Positions 1 through 9,011 of a DNA stretch of 53,916 bases are shown in pieces (position 1 is the first letter of the stretch; each line of letters opens with the position of its first letter). This stretch comes from a bacterium (lineage in GTDB: Bacteria > Desulfobacterota > S145-22): assembly GCA_027004185.1 (NCBI GenBank), contig JALTIG010000221.1, forward strand, positions 1-53,916. The letters are read 5' to 3'. The notes below the pieces were generated by a model. That model did no database searches, had not been told where the DNA came from, and was given only the letters and a program-made list of their open reading frames with translations. The position numbers and the translations under genes are program-made.

Positions 1-1150
1 CCAGAAATTCGAGTGATGCACCGCCACCACTCGAGATGTGAGTGATCTGGTCTGCGACGCCCGATTCATGAAGCGCACGGACAGAATCGCCGCCTCCCAC
101 ATAGCTTTCCGCTGGAGATGAAGCGACGGCTTTTGCTATTTTGAACGTTCCCTTGGCAAATTGGGGGATCTCAAAAACACCCATGGGACCATTCCAGAAG
201 ATCATGGTAGCCGTATTGATCTGTTCCACATAGGACTGGATAGTCTTTGGGCCAATGTCCACCCCGAAATAAGCATCGGGGATCGAAACATCCTCTGCGG
301 TTCTTAATTCTGCACTCTCGCTGATTTCAGAAGCGATCACATGATCCTCTGGAAGGAGAAATAGTGTATTCAATGCCTGAGCCTTTTTCAATACAGATTC
401 TGCAGCATTAAGAGATTCACGTTCTACGAGCGATCTCCCTGTGTTAATCCCTTTGGCCTTTAAGAAGGTGTAGGCCATAGCGCCGCCGATGAGAATCACA
501 TTTGCCCTTTTCATAAGGGAGAGAAGAATTCCCAGTTTGTCTGAAACCTTTGCACCTCCCAGAATGAGAACAAATTTCATGGTTTGGTAGGTAAGAACTT
601 TCGTCAACGCCTCTACTTCTTTCTTCAGGAGAAACCCTCCTCCTTTGATCTCCATATATGCTGGAACACCTACAATTGATGCATGGGCTCGGTGCACAGC
701 GCCAAAGGCATCATTGATATATACGTCGCCCAGGGCTGCTAGCGCCTTAGCAAAGCGGGGATCATTCTTGTTTTCCTCTTTATGGAACCGGAGGTTTTCT
801 AGAAACAGGATTTTACCTTTCGCGAGCGAGTAAACAGACTTTTCCACTTCCGGGCCAATACAATCCGGAGCCAGGTTCACAGATCGGTTGAGAAGTTCTG
901 AAAGCCTCTCTACCACGGGACGGAGGCTTAGGTTTGGGTCAACTATTCCTTTTGGACGCCCAAGGTGTGACATAAGGATCACGCGGCAATTTTTGGAAAG
1001 GGCATACCGGATCGTGGGGAGACCCATCTGGATGCGTGAGTCATCGGCTACGTTGCCCTTGGAGGTAAGGGGAACATTGAAATCGACGCGAATCAGCACC
1101 CGTTTCCCGTCGATGGGAAGCTGATCAATCGTTCTGAAAGGAATGTCCAT
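1..1150 (-). CDS. pgk: phosphoglycerate kinase (3' end cut by window edge)
   Basis: Absent from the ORF track because it runs off the window. The minus-strand reading from ATG at 1148-1150 gives MDIPFRTIDQLPIDGKRVLIRVDFNVPL. The first bases of the window read ISSGGGASLEFL on the minus strand. Both are PGK hallmarks. The start overlaps the gap stop (TAATG). Confidence 0.9.
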   Translation of the reverse strand, partial: MDIPFRTIDQLPIDGKRVLIRVDFNVPLTSKGNVADDSRIQMGLPTIRYALSKNCRVILMSHLGRPKGIVDPNLSLRPVVERLSELLNRSVNLAPDCIGPEVEKSVYSLAKGKILFLENLRFHKEENKNDPRFAKALAALGDVYINDAFGAVHRAHASIVGVPAYMEIKGGGFLLKKEVEALTKVLTYQTMKFVLILGGAKVSDKLGILLSLMKRANVILIGGAMAYTFLKAKGINTGRSLVERESLNAAESVLKKAQALNTLFLLPEDHVIASEISESAELRTAEDVSIPDAYFGVDIGPKTIQSYVEQINTATMIFWNGPMGVFEIPQFAKGTFKIAKAVASSPAESYVGGGDSVRALHESGVADQITHISSGGGASLEFL

Positions 1151-2154
1151 TACATCCCTTTTGCCACGAAACCAAAGAGTTCACTCATCCGGTTGGAAAA
1201 TCCCCATTCATTATCGTACCATGACAGGATTTTTACCATGTGGCCTCCGATAACCTTTAAAGAGGGGACATCCAGTGTGGATGAATGGGGGTTCCCGTTG
1301 AAATCAATAGAGACAAGGGGCTCCTCACTGATTCCGAGGATACCTTTCATGCTGCCTTCCGCATAGGATTTGTATTTGGACAAGAGTTCCTCCACTGAGG
1401 TTTTCTTGGACAACCATGCGACGAGATCAATCACAGAAACGTTCGGGGTGGGGACCCGGATCGCCATGCCATCCAGTCTCCCTTCTGTTTCTGGGATAAC
1501 AAGTGAAAGTGCCCTGGCAGCGCCTGTTGTGGTAGGGATCATGGAAACGCCGGCGGCACGAGCACGTCTGAGATCTTTATGGGGAAGATCGAGAATGCGC
1601 TGATCATTGGTATATGAGTGGGTTGTGGTCATTAGACCGTATTCAAGCTCAAATTCATTTACTAAGACCTTGACGATGGGAGCCAAGCAATTGGTAGTAC
1701 AAGATCCCATAGAAATGATATGGTGTTTCTCTGGGTCATATTTTTCCGGGTTGACCCCCAGCACAATAGTTACGTCCGCATTTTTAGAAGGCGCGGAAAT
1801 GATGACCTTTTTGGCACCTGCCGTGAGATGACCTGCGGCCTTGGTACGATCGGTAAACAGTCCGGTGCTCTCAAGGACGATATCGATCCCGAGATCCTTC
1901 CATGGGAGTTTAGTCATATCCCGCTCGGACAAGACACGGATTTTTTTTCCGTTAACAATCAGGTAATCTCCCTCAACCGATACATCTGCATCAATTTTTC
2001 CATGTACGGAATCGTATTTTAAAAGATGTGCAAGGGTATAGCTATCCGTTAAATCATTGACTGCCACGAATTCTAAGTTATCCTTGTCCAATGAGGCACG
2101 AAATACGTTTCTTCCGATACGGCCAAACCCATTGATCGCGATTTTTAAGGTCAT
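1150..2154 (-). CDS. gap: glyceraldehyde-3-phosphate dehydrogenase, type I
   Basis: INGFGRIGRN N-terminus and SCTTNCLAP catalytic-Cys motif. I prefer ATG at 2154 (MTLKIAINGFG), which has GGAGGG about 5 nt upstream. The ORF-track start at 2166 is 4 codons longer. Confidence 0.95.
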   Translation of the reverse strand: MTLKIAINGFGRIGRNVFRASLDKDNLEFVAVNDLTDSYTLAHLLKYDSVHGKIDADVSVEGDYLIVNGKKIRVLSERDMTKLPWKDLGIDIVLESTGLFTDRTKAAGHLTAGAKKVIISAPSKNADVTIVLGVNPEKYDPEKHHIISMGSCTTNCLAPIVKVLVNEFELEYGLMTTTHSYTNDQRILDLPHKDLRRARAAGVSMIPTTTGAARALSLVIPETEGRLDGMAIRVPTPNVSVIDLVAWLSKKTSVEELLSKYKSYAEGSMKGILGISEEPLVSIDFNGNPHSSTLDVPSLKVIGGHMVKILSWYDNEWGFSNRMSELFGFVAKGM

Positions 2155-2441
2155 ATTCCCCTCCATTTTTTGTTTTGAGTATTTATAGCGTATTAAGGCG
2201 TTTTTTTCAAGGCAAACCGATGCCCCCGTAAAATAAAGACGTTCTTGAGGCGGCGTAGTTTTAGATCTAAACTAGCTCCAGGATCTGATCATAGCGAAAT
2301 TTTTCATTAATATCTTTTTTCAGGGGGATGTCGCGGGTTGTCAAGGAGATCTTTGTATGGTTGACTATATAAATAGAGGAGTTTAGTTTAATCTACTACC
2401 CAAGAATATGGTAGATTCTTTCATATATAAAGGGAGGAAAA

Positions 2442-2948
2442 ATGATGTTTAACTATCGCCCTCACAGGTCTAAAAAGGTTTGGGGACAGACGTGGGGGGA
2501 AAAACTCATTCTTTTACTCGCTACCGGTTTTTATATCGGATATGCTCCTATCGTTCCGGGAACTTTTGGTACACTGATAGGGATTCCACTGATCTTGATC
2601 CTCTCAAAGTCTCCTCTTTGGCTATCCACCGGGGTTCTTCTTCTTCTGATAATTGTTTCTTGCCTGATTGCCGAAAGGGCAGAGAAAATCCTTGAGATGC
2701 AGGATCCGAATGATATCGTGATCGATGAAGTTGTAGGGTTTCTTGTGACAGTTTGGGCATTTCCAATTTCGTGGACGGTAATCCTTGCTGGGTTTGTTCT
2801 GTTCAGGGTTCTGGATATTCTTAAGCCTTTTCCGATCCGGAGGATTGAAGTTTTGGTGCCCGGGGGAATGGGGGTGGTCCTGGATGATGTCCTCGCAGGG
2901 GTTTACGGATGCGTGATTTTACATGTATTTTTTCTTTATTGGCATTGA
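2442..2948 (+). CDS. pgpA: phosphatidylglycerophosphatase A
   Basis: 168-aa membrane protein with YIGYAPIVPGTFGTL, DEVVGF, LDILKPFPIRRIE and DDVLAGVY, the PgpA family pattern. GGGAGG Shine-Dalgarno (SD) sequence upstream. Confidence 0.85.
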   Translation: MMFNYRPHRSKKVWGQTWGEKLILLLATGFYIGYAPIVPGTFGTLIGIPLILILSKSPLWLSTGVLLLLIIVSCLIAERAEKILEMQDPNDIVIDEVVGFLVTVWAFPISWTVILAGFVLFRVLDILKPFPIRRIEVLVPGGMGVVLDDVLAGVYGCVILHVFFLYWH

Positions 2949-2960
2949 TAACTTTCTGCC

Positions 2961-3500
2961 ATGGCTCAAGAGAAGGAAACAACGCGCTTGAGACCTGAAG
3001 AAACCCTCTTTAAGTTACTGTTGGAGAAAGGAGTTACCTTGGCAGTTGCAGAGTCTTGTTCTGGAGGGCTTCTTGCCCATCGGTTGACCAACGTGCCAGG
3101 GATTTCTGAGGTATTTCTCCTTGGTGTTGTAAGCTACAGCAACACCTCCAAGATTCGCGTGCTGGGAGTAGATACCTGGACCCTGAAAGCGAAAGGTCCT
3201 GTAAGTCCGGATGTGGCCCTCCAAATGTCGATGGGGGTCCAAAGGCTTTCGGGGAGTTCTTTGAGCCTTGGGATTACGGGGATTGCTGGACCTGGTGGCG
3301 GCACGAAGTTGAAACCTGTTGGTACGGTTTACATGGGGCTGTATATACCAGGGATGGGCTTAACCAAAACCCGTCATTTTCTTTTTCAAGGGGAAAGAAA
3401 TGCAGTTAAAGCACAGGCCGCGGAGGCGGGATTACGATGGATGTGTCACGTCTTAGATAGCGAGTTTTCCTTTCGGGGTCATGGGCATCAGGAGGTATAA
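2961..3500 (+). CDS. pncC: stand-alone CinA C-terminal domain protein / nicotinamide-nucleotide amidohydrolase PncC
   Basis: 179 aa with LAVAESCSGGLLAHRLTNVPGIS and VVSYSN motifs typical of the PncC/CinA-C domain. No MoCF N-terminal domain. Confidence 0.85.
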   Translation: MAQEKETTRLRPEETLFKLLLEKGVTLAVAESCSGGLLAHRLTNVPGISEVFLLGVVSYSNTSKIRVLGVDTWTLKAKGPVSPDVALQMSMGVQRLSGSSLSLGITGIAGPGGGTKLKPVGTVYMGLYIPGMGLTKTRHFLFQGERNAVKAQAAEAGLRWMCHVLDSEFSFRGHGHQEV

Positions 3501-4322
3501 ATGACAAGAAGGCGTTTGATCATTCATGGGGTCCTTTTTGCCTTGACGGCTGTTTCTACCTATTTTGTCGCCGGGTTTTGGTATGCCTTTCCTCTGATGG
3601 CTATCCTCCTATGCCATGAAATGGGTCACTTTGTGATGAGCCGAGTCCATGGTGTGGAGGCTACTTTACCCTTTTTTATACCGTTTCCATTTTCGCCATT
3701 TGGAACTTTCGGGGCCATTATTAAGATGAAGAGCTGGATTCCCCATCGGAGGGCTTTGTTTGACATCGGGGCGGGAGGACCTATTGCTGGTCTCATCCTA
3801 ACGTTTCCCACTATCTATTTTGGCCTAAAGGCTTCAAGGATTGTTCCACTGGGTTCGTTTCATGTGCATGGATTGATCCTGGGAAACAGCCTCTTGTTTA
3901 GGGGATTTGAGTATCTCTCTCTTGGCCCGATACCGAAGGGATGTGATGTCATGCTGCATCCGGCTGCATATGCTGGTTGGGTAGGGTTGTTTGTCACAGC
4001 CCTCAACCTGCTCCCTATTGGACAACTGGATGGGGGACATGTTCTGTACGCCCTTTTGGGTTCAAAAAGTGCCCGTGTGTACCAAGGAGGGATCTTTCTA
4101 TTTGCCCTGTATGCCTTTTTTTTCAACCCTGAATGGATCTTATTGGTGGTTCTCCTTTTTTTCTTTGGTCTAAAACACCCTCCGCCGATTGATGACATCA
4201 CTCCCCTGGACCTAAAGCGTCGTGTCGTTGGGATCGCTATGCTCCTTGTCTTTTTTTGTTCTTTTATGCCTTCCCCTTTTCCGGGATTAACCAAGGGATT
4301 AGGGGGATTGGTAAACCGATGA
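3501..4322 (+). CDS. M50 family (site-2 protease class) zinc metalloprotease
   Basis: HEMGHF (HExxH) in a TM helix plus NLLPIGQLDGGH, and multiple hydrophobic segments. AGGAGG SD. The start directly follows the pncC stop. Confidence 0.85.
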   Translation: MTRRRLIIHGVLFALTAVSTYFVAGFWYAFPLMAILLCHEMGHFVMSRVHGVEATLPFFIPFPFSPFGTFGAIIKMKSWIPHRRALFDIGAGGPIAGLILTFPTIYFGLKASRIVPLGSFHVHGLILGNSLLFRGFEYLSLGPIPKGCDVMLHPAAYAGWVGLFVTALNLLPIGQLDGGHVLYALLGSKSARVYQGGIFLFALYAFFFNPEWILLVVLLFFFGLKHPPPIDDITPLDLKRRVVGIAMLLVFFCSFMPSPFPGLTKGLGGLVNR

Positions 4323-5674
4323 GTCACCCGAGATATTTTTATCTCTATAGCCTTGGGTGTCCCAAGAACCTGGTGGACTCCGAGTGGGTTTGTGGCCAAT
4401 TGATAGGAGCAGGGTGGAGAGCAACAGCGGAATCCTCAGAGGCGGATGTGATCCTTATCAATACCTGTGCCTTTATCGAATCAGCTGTTCAGGAATCCAT
4501 AGATGCTATCCTGACTCTCCATCAGGAGGCCCCCCACGCAAAGATCGTTGTTACCGGGTGCCTTCCCCTGCGGTATGGTCGACAACTTCTCGATCTTCTC
4601 CCTGAGGTAGAGACTTTTTTTCTTTCCCGTAGGATGGAAGAGGTAACCCCAGGTGTTCTTGATAGGGCATTGAATAGGGAAGGGTGGATCCAGCCACGAT
4701 ACGGCGTTTATAGGGGCACTCACGCCTTCCGTGTTGTTTCAACGCCATTTTATACCGCATATGTAAAGATTGCCGATGGGTGTAATCGACGGTGTGCCTT
4801 TTGCACCCTTCCAAGGATAAGGGGGCGTTACCGGTCAAGATCGATGGAGGTTATTGTACAAGAGGTGACACACCTTGTGGCGCAAGGCGTTCGTGAGATT
4901 ATCTTAGTTGCCCAAGATACAGCGGCTTATGGTCAGGACTTGGGTGAAGAGATCACACTTGCAAGGCTGATGGAACGACTTGGTTCTATAGATGGACTCC
5001 AATGGCTCAAACTTCTCTATCTCTATCCTGATGTCCAGCGTGTTGACACGTCGCTCATCGAGGTGATGATAGATTACCCGAATATTTGCCCTGTGGTTGA
5101 TGTCCCCATACAACATGCGTCTCCTTCTGTTCTTACCAGGATGAGGCGTCCCAAATGGTCTTCGATCCTGAGAGTTCTTAGGCGTCTGAAAAGAATTCCT
5201 GATCTCCATTTGCGTTCAACCGTAATGGTTGGTTTCCCTGGGGAAAGTGAAAGGGAATTTCAAGACCTTTGTGCCTTTATCGAAGATGGGTGGTTTGACA
5301 ATCTCGGTGTTTTTACCTACTCGGATGAGGAGGGAACGCGTTCCTATACATTGCCGGATAAGTTGCCGGAAGACGTTAAAAAACAACGCTTGAACATACT
5401 GATGGAGATCCAGCAGGGAGTTTCCCTCGCGAAGAACCGTCTACACATAGGAAGCACCTTGCCGGTTCTGGTGGAAGGACAGCATGAAGAGTCAGAATTG
5501 TTACTGAAAGGAAGAACTGCCTTTCAATATCCTGAGATTGATGGGTGTGTTATTATAAATAAAGGAAGTGCGGAAGCAGGAGAGATAGTCTCTGTCAGGA
5601 TAACTGATGCTGTTCCCTACGATCTTATTGGCGAGATTGTGTCTAAGCAAAGTTCCCTTTCTCGCTTGAATTGA
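4319..5674 (+). CDS. rimO: ribosomal protein S12 methylthiotransferase
   Basis: YLYSLGCPKNLVDSE N-terminal domain, radical-SAM CNRRCAFCTLP and a C-terminal TRAM-like segment. ATG at 4319 overlaps the upstream stop (ATGA). The ORF-track start at 4256 lies inside the M50 gene. Confidence 0.9.
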   Translation: MSHPRYFYLYSLGCPKNLVDSEWVCGQLIGAGWRATAESSEADVILINTCAFIESAVQESIDAILTLHQEAPHAKIVVTGCLPLRYGRQLLDLLPEVETFFLSRRMEEVTPGVLDRALNREGWIQPRYGVYRGTHAFRVVSTPFYTAYVKIADGCNRRCAFCTLPRIRGRYRSRSMEVIVQEVTHLVAQGVREIILVAQDTAAYGQDLGEEITLARLMERLGSIDGLQWLKLLYLYPDVQRVDTSLIEVMIDYPNICPVVDVPIQHASPSVLTRMRRPKWSSILRVLRRLKRIPDLHLRSTVMVGFPGESEREFQDLCAFIEDGWFDNLGVFTYSDEEGTRSYTLPDKLPEDVKKQRLNILMEIQQGVSLAKNRLHIGSTLPVLVEGQHEESELLLKGRTAFQYPEIDGCVIINKGSAEAGEIVSVRITDAVPYDLIGEIVSKQSSLSRLN

Positions 5675-5722
5675 AACCTACTTTCCAACATGATAAACTT
5701 CTAAAAAAAGGAGGAAGACGAT

Positions 5723-6673
5723 ATGGAAAGATATGGTGTACAGCCGGTTGATTCATGTGAGGTAGTTGTCCTGGTGGACAACTATATAGATCTTCTCCTA
5801 CCGTCAAAGGAAGGAGTGTTAAGGCCACCCCTGGCAAAGGGAGAAAAAATCCCCGAAGATACGATTCTTGCGGAGCATGGTTTATCTATCTTGCTTCGGT
5901 TAACTTACAATGGGAAAACACACCTTGTATTGATGGATGCGGGGTATACAGATATAGCGCTTTCCCACAACCTGAATTTTCTGGGCCTGAGCCTCAAAGA
6001 GGTGGAACTAGTTGTCATGAGCCATGGGCACATGGATCATTATGGAGGGCTTACATGGGCGATTGAGCATATTGTCAGGAAGCCTGTACCGGTGGTGGTT
6101 CACCCGAATGCATTTGTGACCCCAAGGTTCTTTAAAATGCCGGATGGTAAGGAACTTTTGTTCCCGGTTATGAACCGGAAAGCGGTAGAGGCTGCTGGTG
6201 CTGAGTTTAAAGAACTCTCAGAACCAAGCGTTCATATGGATGGACATCTTTTGGTAACTGGTGCCGTTGAACGTGTTACGCCATTTGAGAAAGGGATGCC
6301 GAACGCGTTCATGAAACAGGGGAACAAGTTTGTGCATGACGATATCTTAGATGATCAAGGATGCGCCATTAATGTACGGGATGAGGGGATTGTTGTCATC
6401 TCTGGGTGTGCACACGCGGGCATCATCAATACGATTCTTTACGCTCAGAAATTGACCAAGATGGATAGAGTTCTTGGGGTTATTGGGGGATTTCATTTGA
6501 CGGGGCCCATTTTTGAACCTATTATTGGGAATACGATAGAGGAGATGAAGAGAATCAATCCTCAAAGGCTTGTACCCATGCATTGTACGGGGTGGACAGC
6601 TATTAAGGCCTTTGAGGCGGCGATGCCAGAGGCTTTTGTCCTCAACGGAGTTGGAACCACCTACCAATTTTGA
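5723..6673 (+). CDS. MBL-fold metallo-hydrolase (COG1237-like)
   Basis: 316 aa with HGHMDHYGG metal-binding motif and later CAHAG and MHCTG motifs. AGGAGG SD. Confidence 0.75.
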   Translation: MERYGVQPVDSCEVVVLVDNYIDLLLPSKEGVLRPPLAKGEKIPEDTILAEHGLSILLRLTYNGKTHLVLMDAGYTDIALSHNLNFLGLSLKEVELVVMSHGHMDHYGGLTWAIEHIVRKPVPVVVHPNAFVTPRFFKMPDGKELLFPVMNRKAVEAAGAEFKELSEPSVHMDGHLLVTGAVERVTPFEKGMPNAFMKQGNKFVHDDILDDQGCAINVRDEGIVVISGCAHAGIINTILYAQKLTKMDRVLGVIGGFHLTGPIFEPIIGNTIEEMKRINPQRLVPMHCTGWTAIKAFEAAMPEAFVLNGVGTTYQF

Positions 6674-6675
6674 TC

Positions 6676-7830
6676 ATGAGACCTAAGGCAGCGATTCTAA
6701 CAATCGGCACGGAGTTACTGCTTGGAAAGGTCATTGACACCAACGGGGCCTATCTCGGTGAGGTTTTGTCTTCTGCCGGGTTTGATGTGAATATAAGTGT
6801 TTCGGTCGGCGATCATCTCCGGGAGATTAGTAAATGGGTCAGGATCCTTTTCAAGGAGGTTGACTTAATTGTCACTACAGGGGGGCTGGGACCTACAAAG
6901 GATGACCTGACCCGCCAGGGAGTGGCAAATGCATTAAATTTACCGCTTATCTTTCATGAGGAATTGATGAAGGGCATTGAGGCGATCTTTTCTTCACGGG
7001 GATTTCGCATGACGGAAAATAACCGCCGCCAGGCCTATCTTCCTGAAGGGACATCCCCCATTTTAAACCCTATGGGGACAGCTCCTGGTTTTTCTTACAA
7101 GACAGATGATGGGAAGATTATCGTTTGTCTTCCGGGTGTTCCGAAAGAATTGAGATTTCTTGTGGAGGGAAGTGTAGTTCCTTATCTCCGTAAAGTCTTC
7201 GATCTTGGGCACAGGACCAAGAGAACCCGAGTCCTGAAGGTCTGTGGGTTGGGTGAGAGTAGTGTGGACCAGAAGATCGGCGATCTGATGAAAACGGAGG
7301 GAAACCCGTTTGTAGGGGTTTTGGCATCTCCAGAGATGATCCGGATTCTGATAACAGCCGAGGGAAATAGCGAGGCGGATGTAGGAAGGATGATAGGTGA
7401 AGTGGAGACAGAGATTCGCCGGCGGCTTGGACCCCGGATTTTTGGAGCCGATGAGGAAACGATAGAAGGGGTGGTTCTTGGTAGGCTTAAAGAACGGGTA
7501 AAGTTTCTCATGGTGGAGGATGAAGCTACTGGTGGAGAATTGGTTCGCCATCTTTTAAAAGGATTTGAGGGCGCGTATCATAGTATGAGCTGTCTGAGAA
7601 TCTCACCGGATCTGCCGATGTCTTTGTGTCAAGAGGAGGCCCCGGAAACCGTCCTTCTCAGAGTGCAGTTGCTCTCAAAAGAAGAGGGCGGTCTTAAGGA
7701 TTTTAAGATTTCATTTTTTGGAAGCGGCGAGGTGAAGGAATTTAACGTCCGTCTTGGCGGACCAAAGGAGGATGTGGAGAGACGGCTTGCAGTTCTAGCC
7801 ATGGATCAACTCCGCAAATGGTTGATCTGA
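6676..7830 (+). CDS. CinA-like protein: MoCF-type N-terminal domain with a degenerate C-terminal PncC-like domain
   Basis: AAILTIGTELLLGKVIDTNG and TTGGLGPTKDDLT (MoCF/CinA N-domain). The C-terminal ~125 aa carry VEDEATGG where canonical PncC has AESC(S/T)GG. ATG at 6676 is preferred over the TTG at 6670 that overlaps the upstream stop. Confidence 0.8.
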   Translation: MRPKAAILTIGTELLLGKVIDTNGAYLGEVLSSAGFDVNISVSVGDHLREISKWVRILFKEVDLIVTTGGLGPTKDDLTRQGVANALNLPLIFHEELMKGIEAIFSSRGFRMTENNRRQAYLPEGTSPILNPMGTAPGFSYKTDDGKIIVCLPGVPKELRFLVEGSVVPYLRKVFDLGHRTKRTRVLKVCGLGESSVDQKIGDLMKTEGNPFVGVLASPEMIRILITAEGNSEADVGRMIGEVETEIRRRLGPRIFGADEETIEGVVLGRLKERVKFLMVEDEATGGELVRHLLKGFEGAYHSMSCLRISPDLPMSLCQEEAPETVLLRVQLLSKEEGGLKDFKISFFGSGEVKEFNVRLGGPKEDVERRLAVLAMDQLRKWLI

Positions 7831-7879
7831 TCACGTGAAGGTTAAAGGGGAAATTTTTAACAAAAAGGGGGGGATGGAG

Positions 7880-8263
7880 ATGGTACGCAGAGCGGTAAAG
7901 ACAAAAAAGGCACCAGAGGCAATCGGTCCTTATTCCCAGGCAATAATCCTGAGAGACATGGTGTTCGTTTCTGGTCAGATACCAATCAATCCTGAAACAG
8001 GTGAGGTTGTGGCAAGTCCGATCGAACGGCAAACGGAGCAGGTCTTGAAAAACTTGCAAGCGGTGTTACAGGCCGCGGGAAGTGACCTTTCGCGGGTCGT
8101 CAAAACCACAGTGTTTTTGAGCTCAATGGATGACTTTGAAGTGTTTAATAATACATATGCCTCTTTCTTTCAGGAACCTTACCCCGCCAGGGCTACGGTT
8201 GCAGTGGCGGCGCTTCCACGAGGGGTCTTGCTTGAGATCGAAGCGATCGCTTATCGTGAATAA
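7880..8263 (+). CDS. ridA: RidA/YjgF family reactive-intermediate deaminase
   Basis: APEAIGPYSQAI and VFVSGQIPINPETGEV motifs. A G-rich SD at 7865-7873 favours ATG 7880. The ORF-track start at 7835 would add an atypical 15-aa extension. Confidence 0.9.
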   Translation: MVRRAVKTKKAPEAIGPYSQAIILRDMVFVSGQIPINPETGEVVASPIERQTEQVLKNLQAVLQAAGSDLSRVVKTTVFLSSMDDFEVFNNTYASFFQEPYPARATVAVAALPRGVLLEIEAIAYRE

Positions 8264-8275
8264 ACAGGGAAGAAG

Positions 8276-8944
8276 TTAAAAGGGGAAAATGGTACAGGTA
8301 TCGTTCAAAAGGCGAAGAGACATCCCATCGTCAAAAAATTCAATAACATTTAAGGCCCCAAAGTCCTGACGGAAACGAAAAACATTCCGGAGATCCAGTC
8401 CCAGAACCCAGCAGATGATGAGGCTATTGATGCCACCGTGTGCAACAATGACAAATTCCTCCCCGCTGTGACGCTTTGTTAATCTCTTGACAATGGAAAC
8501 AGCTCTTGTTTGTGCTTCTACAAGGTTTTCTCCCCCTGGGATACGATAATGAACATAATCTTCAAACTTTTTTCTGGCCTCTTCTGGGAATTTTTCCCAT
8601 ACCTCTTGGAGCGTAAGCCCTTCCCATATACCTTGTTTAACCTCTCGGAGGTCCGTAAATTCCTCGCGAGGGACATCCGGAAAATAATGAGCAATGAGAT
8701 CTGCCCCTTTCCGAGTCCGAGTCAGATCACTTGAATAGATTCCTTTTATTAGGCGTTGTTTCAAGCGGTACGCAATCCTTTTAAGTTGTCGCATACCTTC
8801 TTCTGAAACATCTACGTCTAAATGCCCATTGTATCGAAAGGTGTCTCCTTGTGTGTTAACAGTCTGACCATGCCTGACAAGATAAAGTCGGGTTACAGTG
8901 TAGAACCGTGAGGGATCCCAGAGGGTATCGATTCGTTTGGTCAT
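8276..8944 (-). CDS. histidine phosphatase family protein (phosphoglycerate mutase / CobC-like)
   Basis: LVRHGQT (RHG motif) near the N-terminus and VIVAHGG later. 222 aa. Confidence 0.8.
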   Translation of the reverse strand: MTKRIDTLWDPSRFYTVTRLYLVRHGQTVNTQGDTFRYNGHLDVDVSEEGMRQLKRIAYRLKQRLIKGIYSSDLTRTRKGADLIAHYFPDVPREEFTDLREVKQGIWEGLTLQEVWEKFPEEARKKFEDYVHYRIPGGENLVEAQTRAVSIVKRLTKRHSGEEFVIVAHGGINSLIICWVLGLDLRNVFRFRQDFGALNVIEFFDDGMSLRLLNDTCTIFPF

Positions 8945-8954
8945 AATTGATTAT

Positions 8955-8989
8955 GAAAAAATGGAGAAGGACACGTGTTGTCCTCCTCC
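8955..8989 (-). terminator. candidate rho-independent terminator downstream of nfnB
   Basis: The minus strand reads GGAGGAGGACA-ACACG-TGTCCTTCTCC, an 11-bp stem with one mismatch, followed by ATTTTTT. It lies between the nfnB stop (9012) and the next start (8944). Confidence 0.55.
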
Positions 8990-9011
8990 ATAAAACGTTA
9001 AGGAATTGAAC

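Noticed and set aside
4256-4318. Longer rimO start from the ORF track
   Set aside because: It lies within the M50 gene. The ATG at 4319 gives the canonical RimO N-terminus and an ATGA coupling.
3860-4399. 179-aa minus-strand ORF antisense to the M50 protease and rimO junction
   Set aside because: The translation is Pro-, Arg- and Lys-rich and low-complexity, and is embedded in two motif-supported genes. It is a spurious shadow ORF.
7063-7551. 162-aa minus-strand ORF antisense to the cinA-like gene
   Set aside because: It is a shadow ORF inside a motif-supported gene with no recognisable domain.
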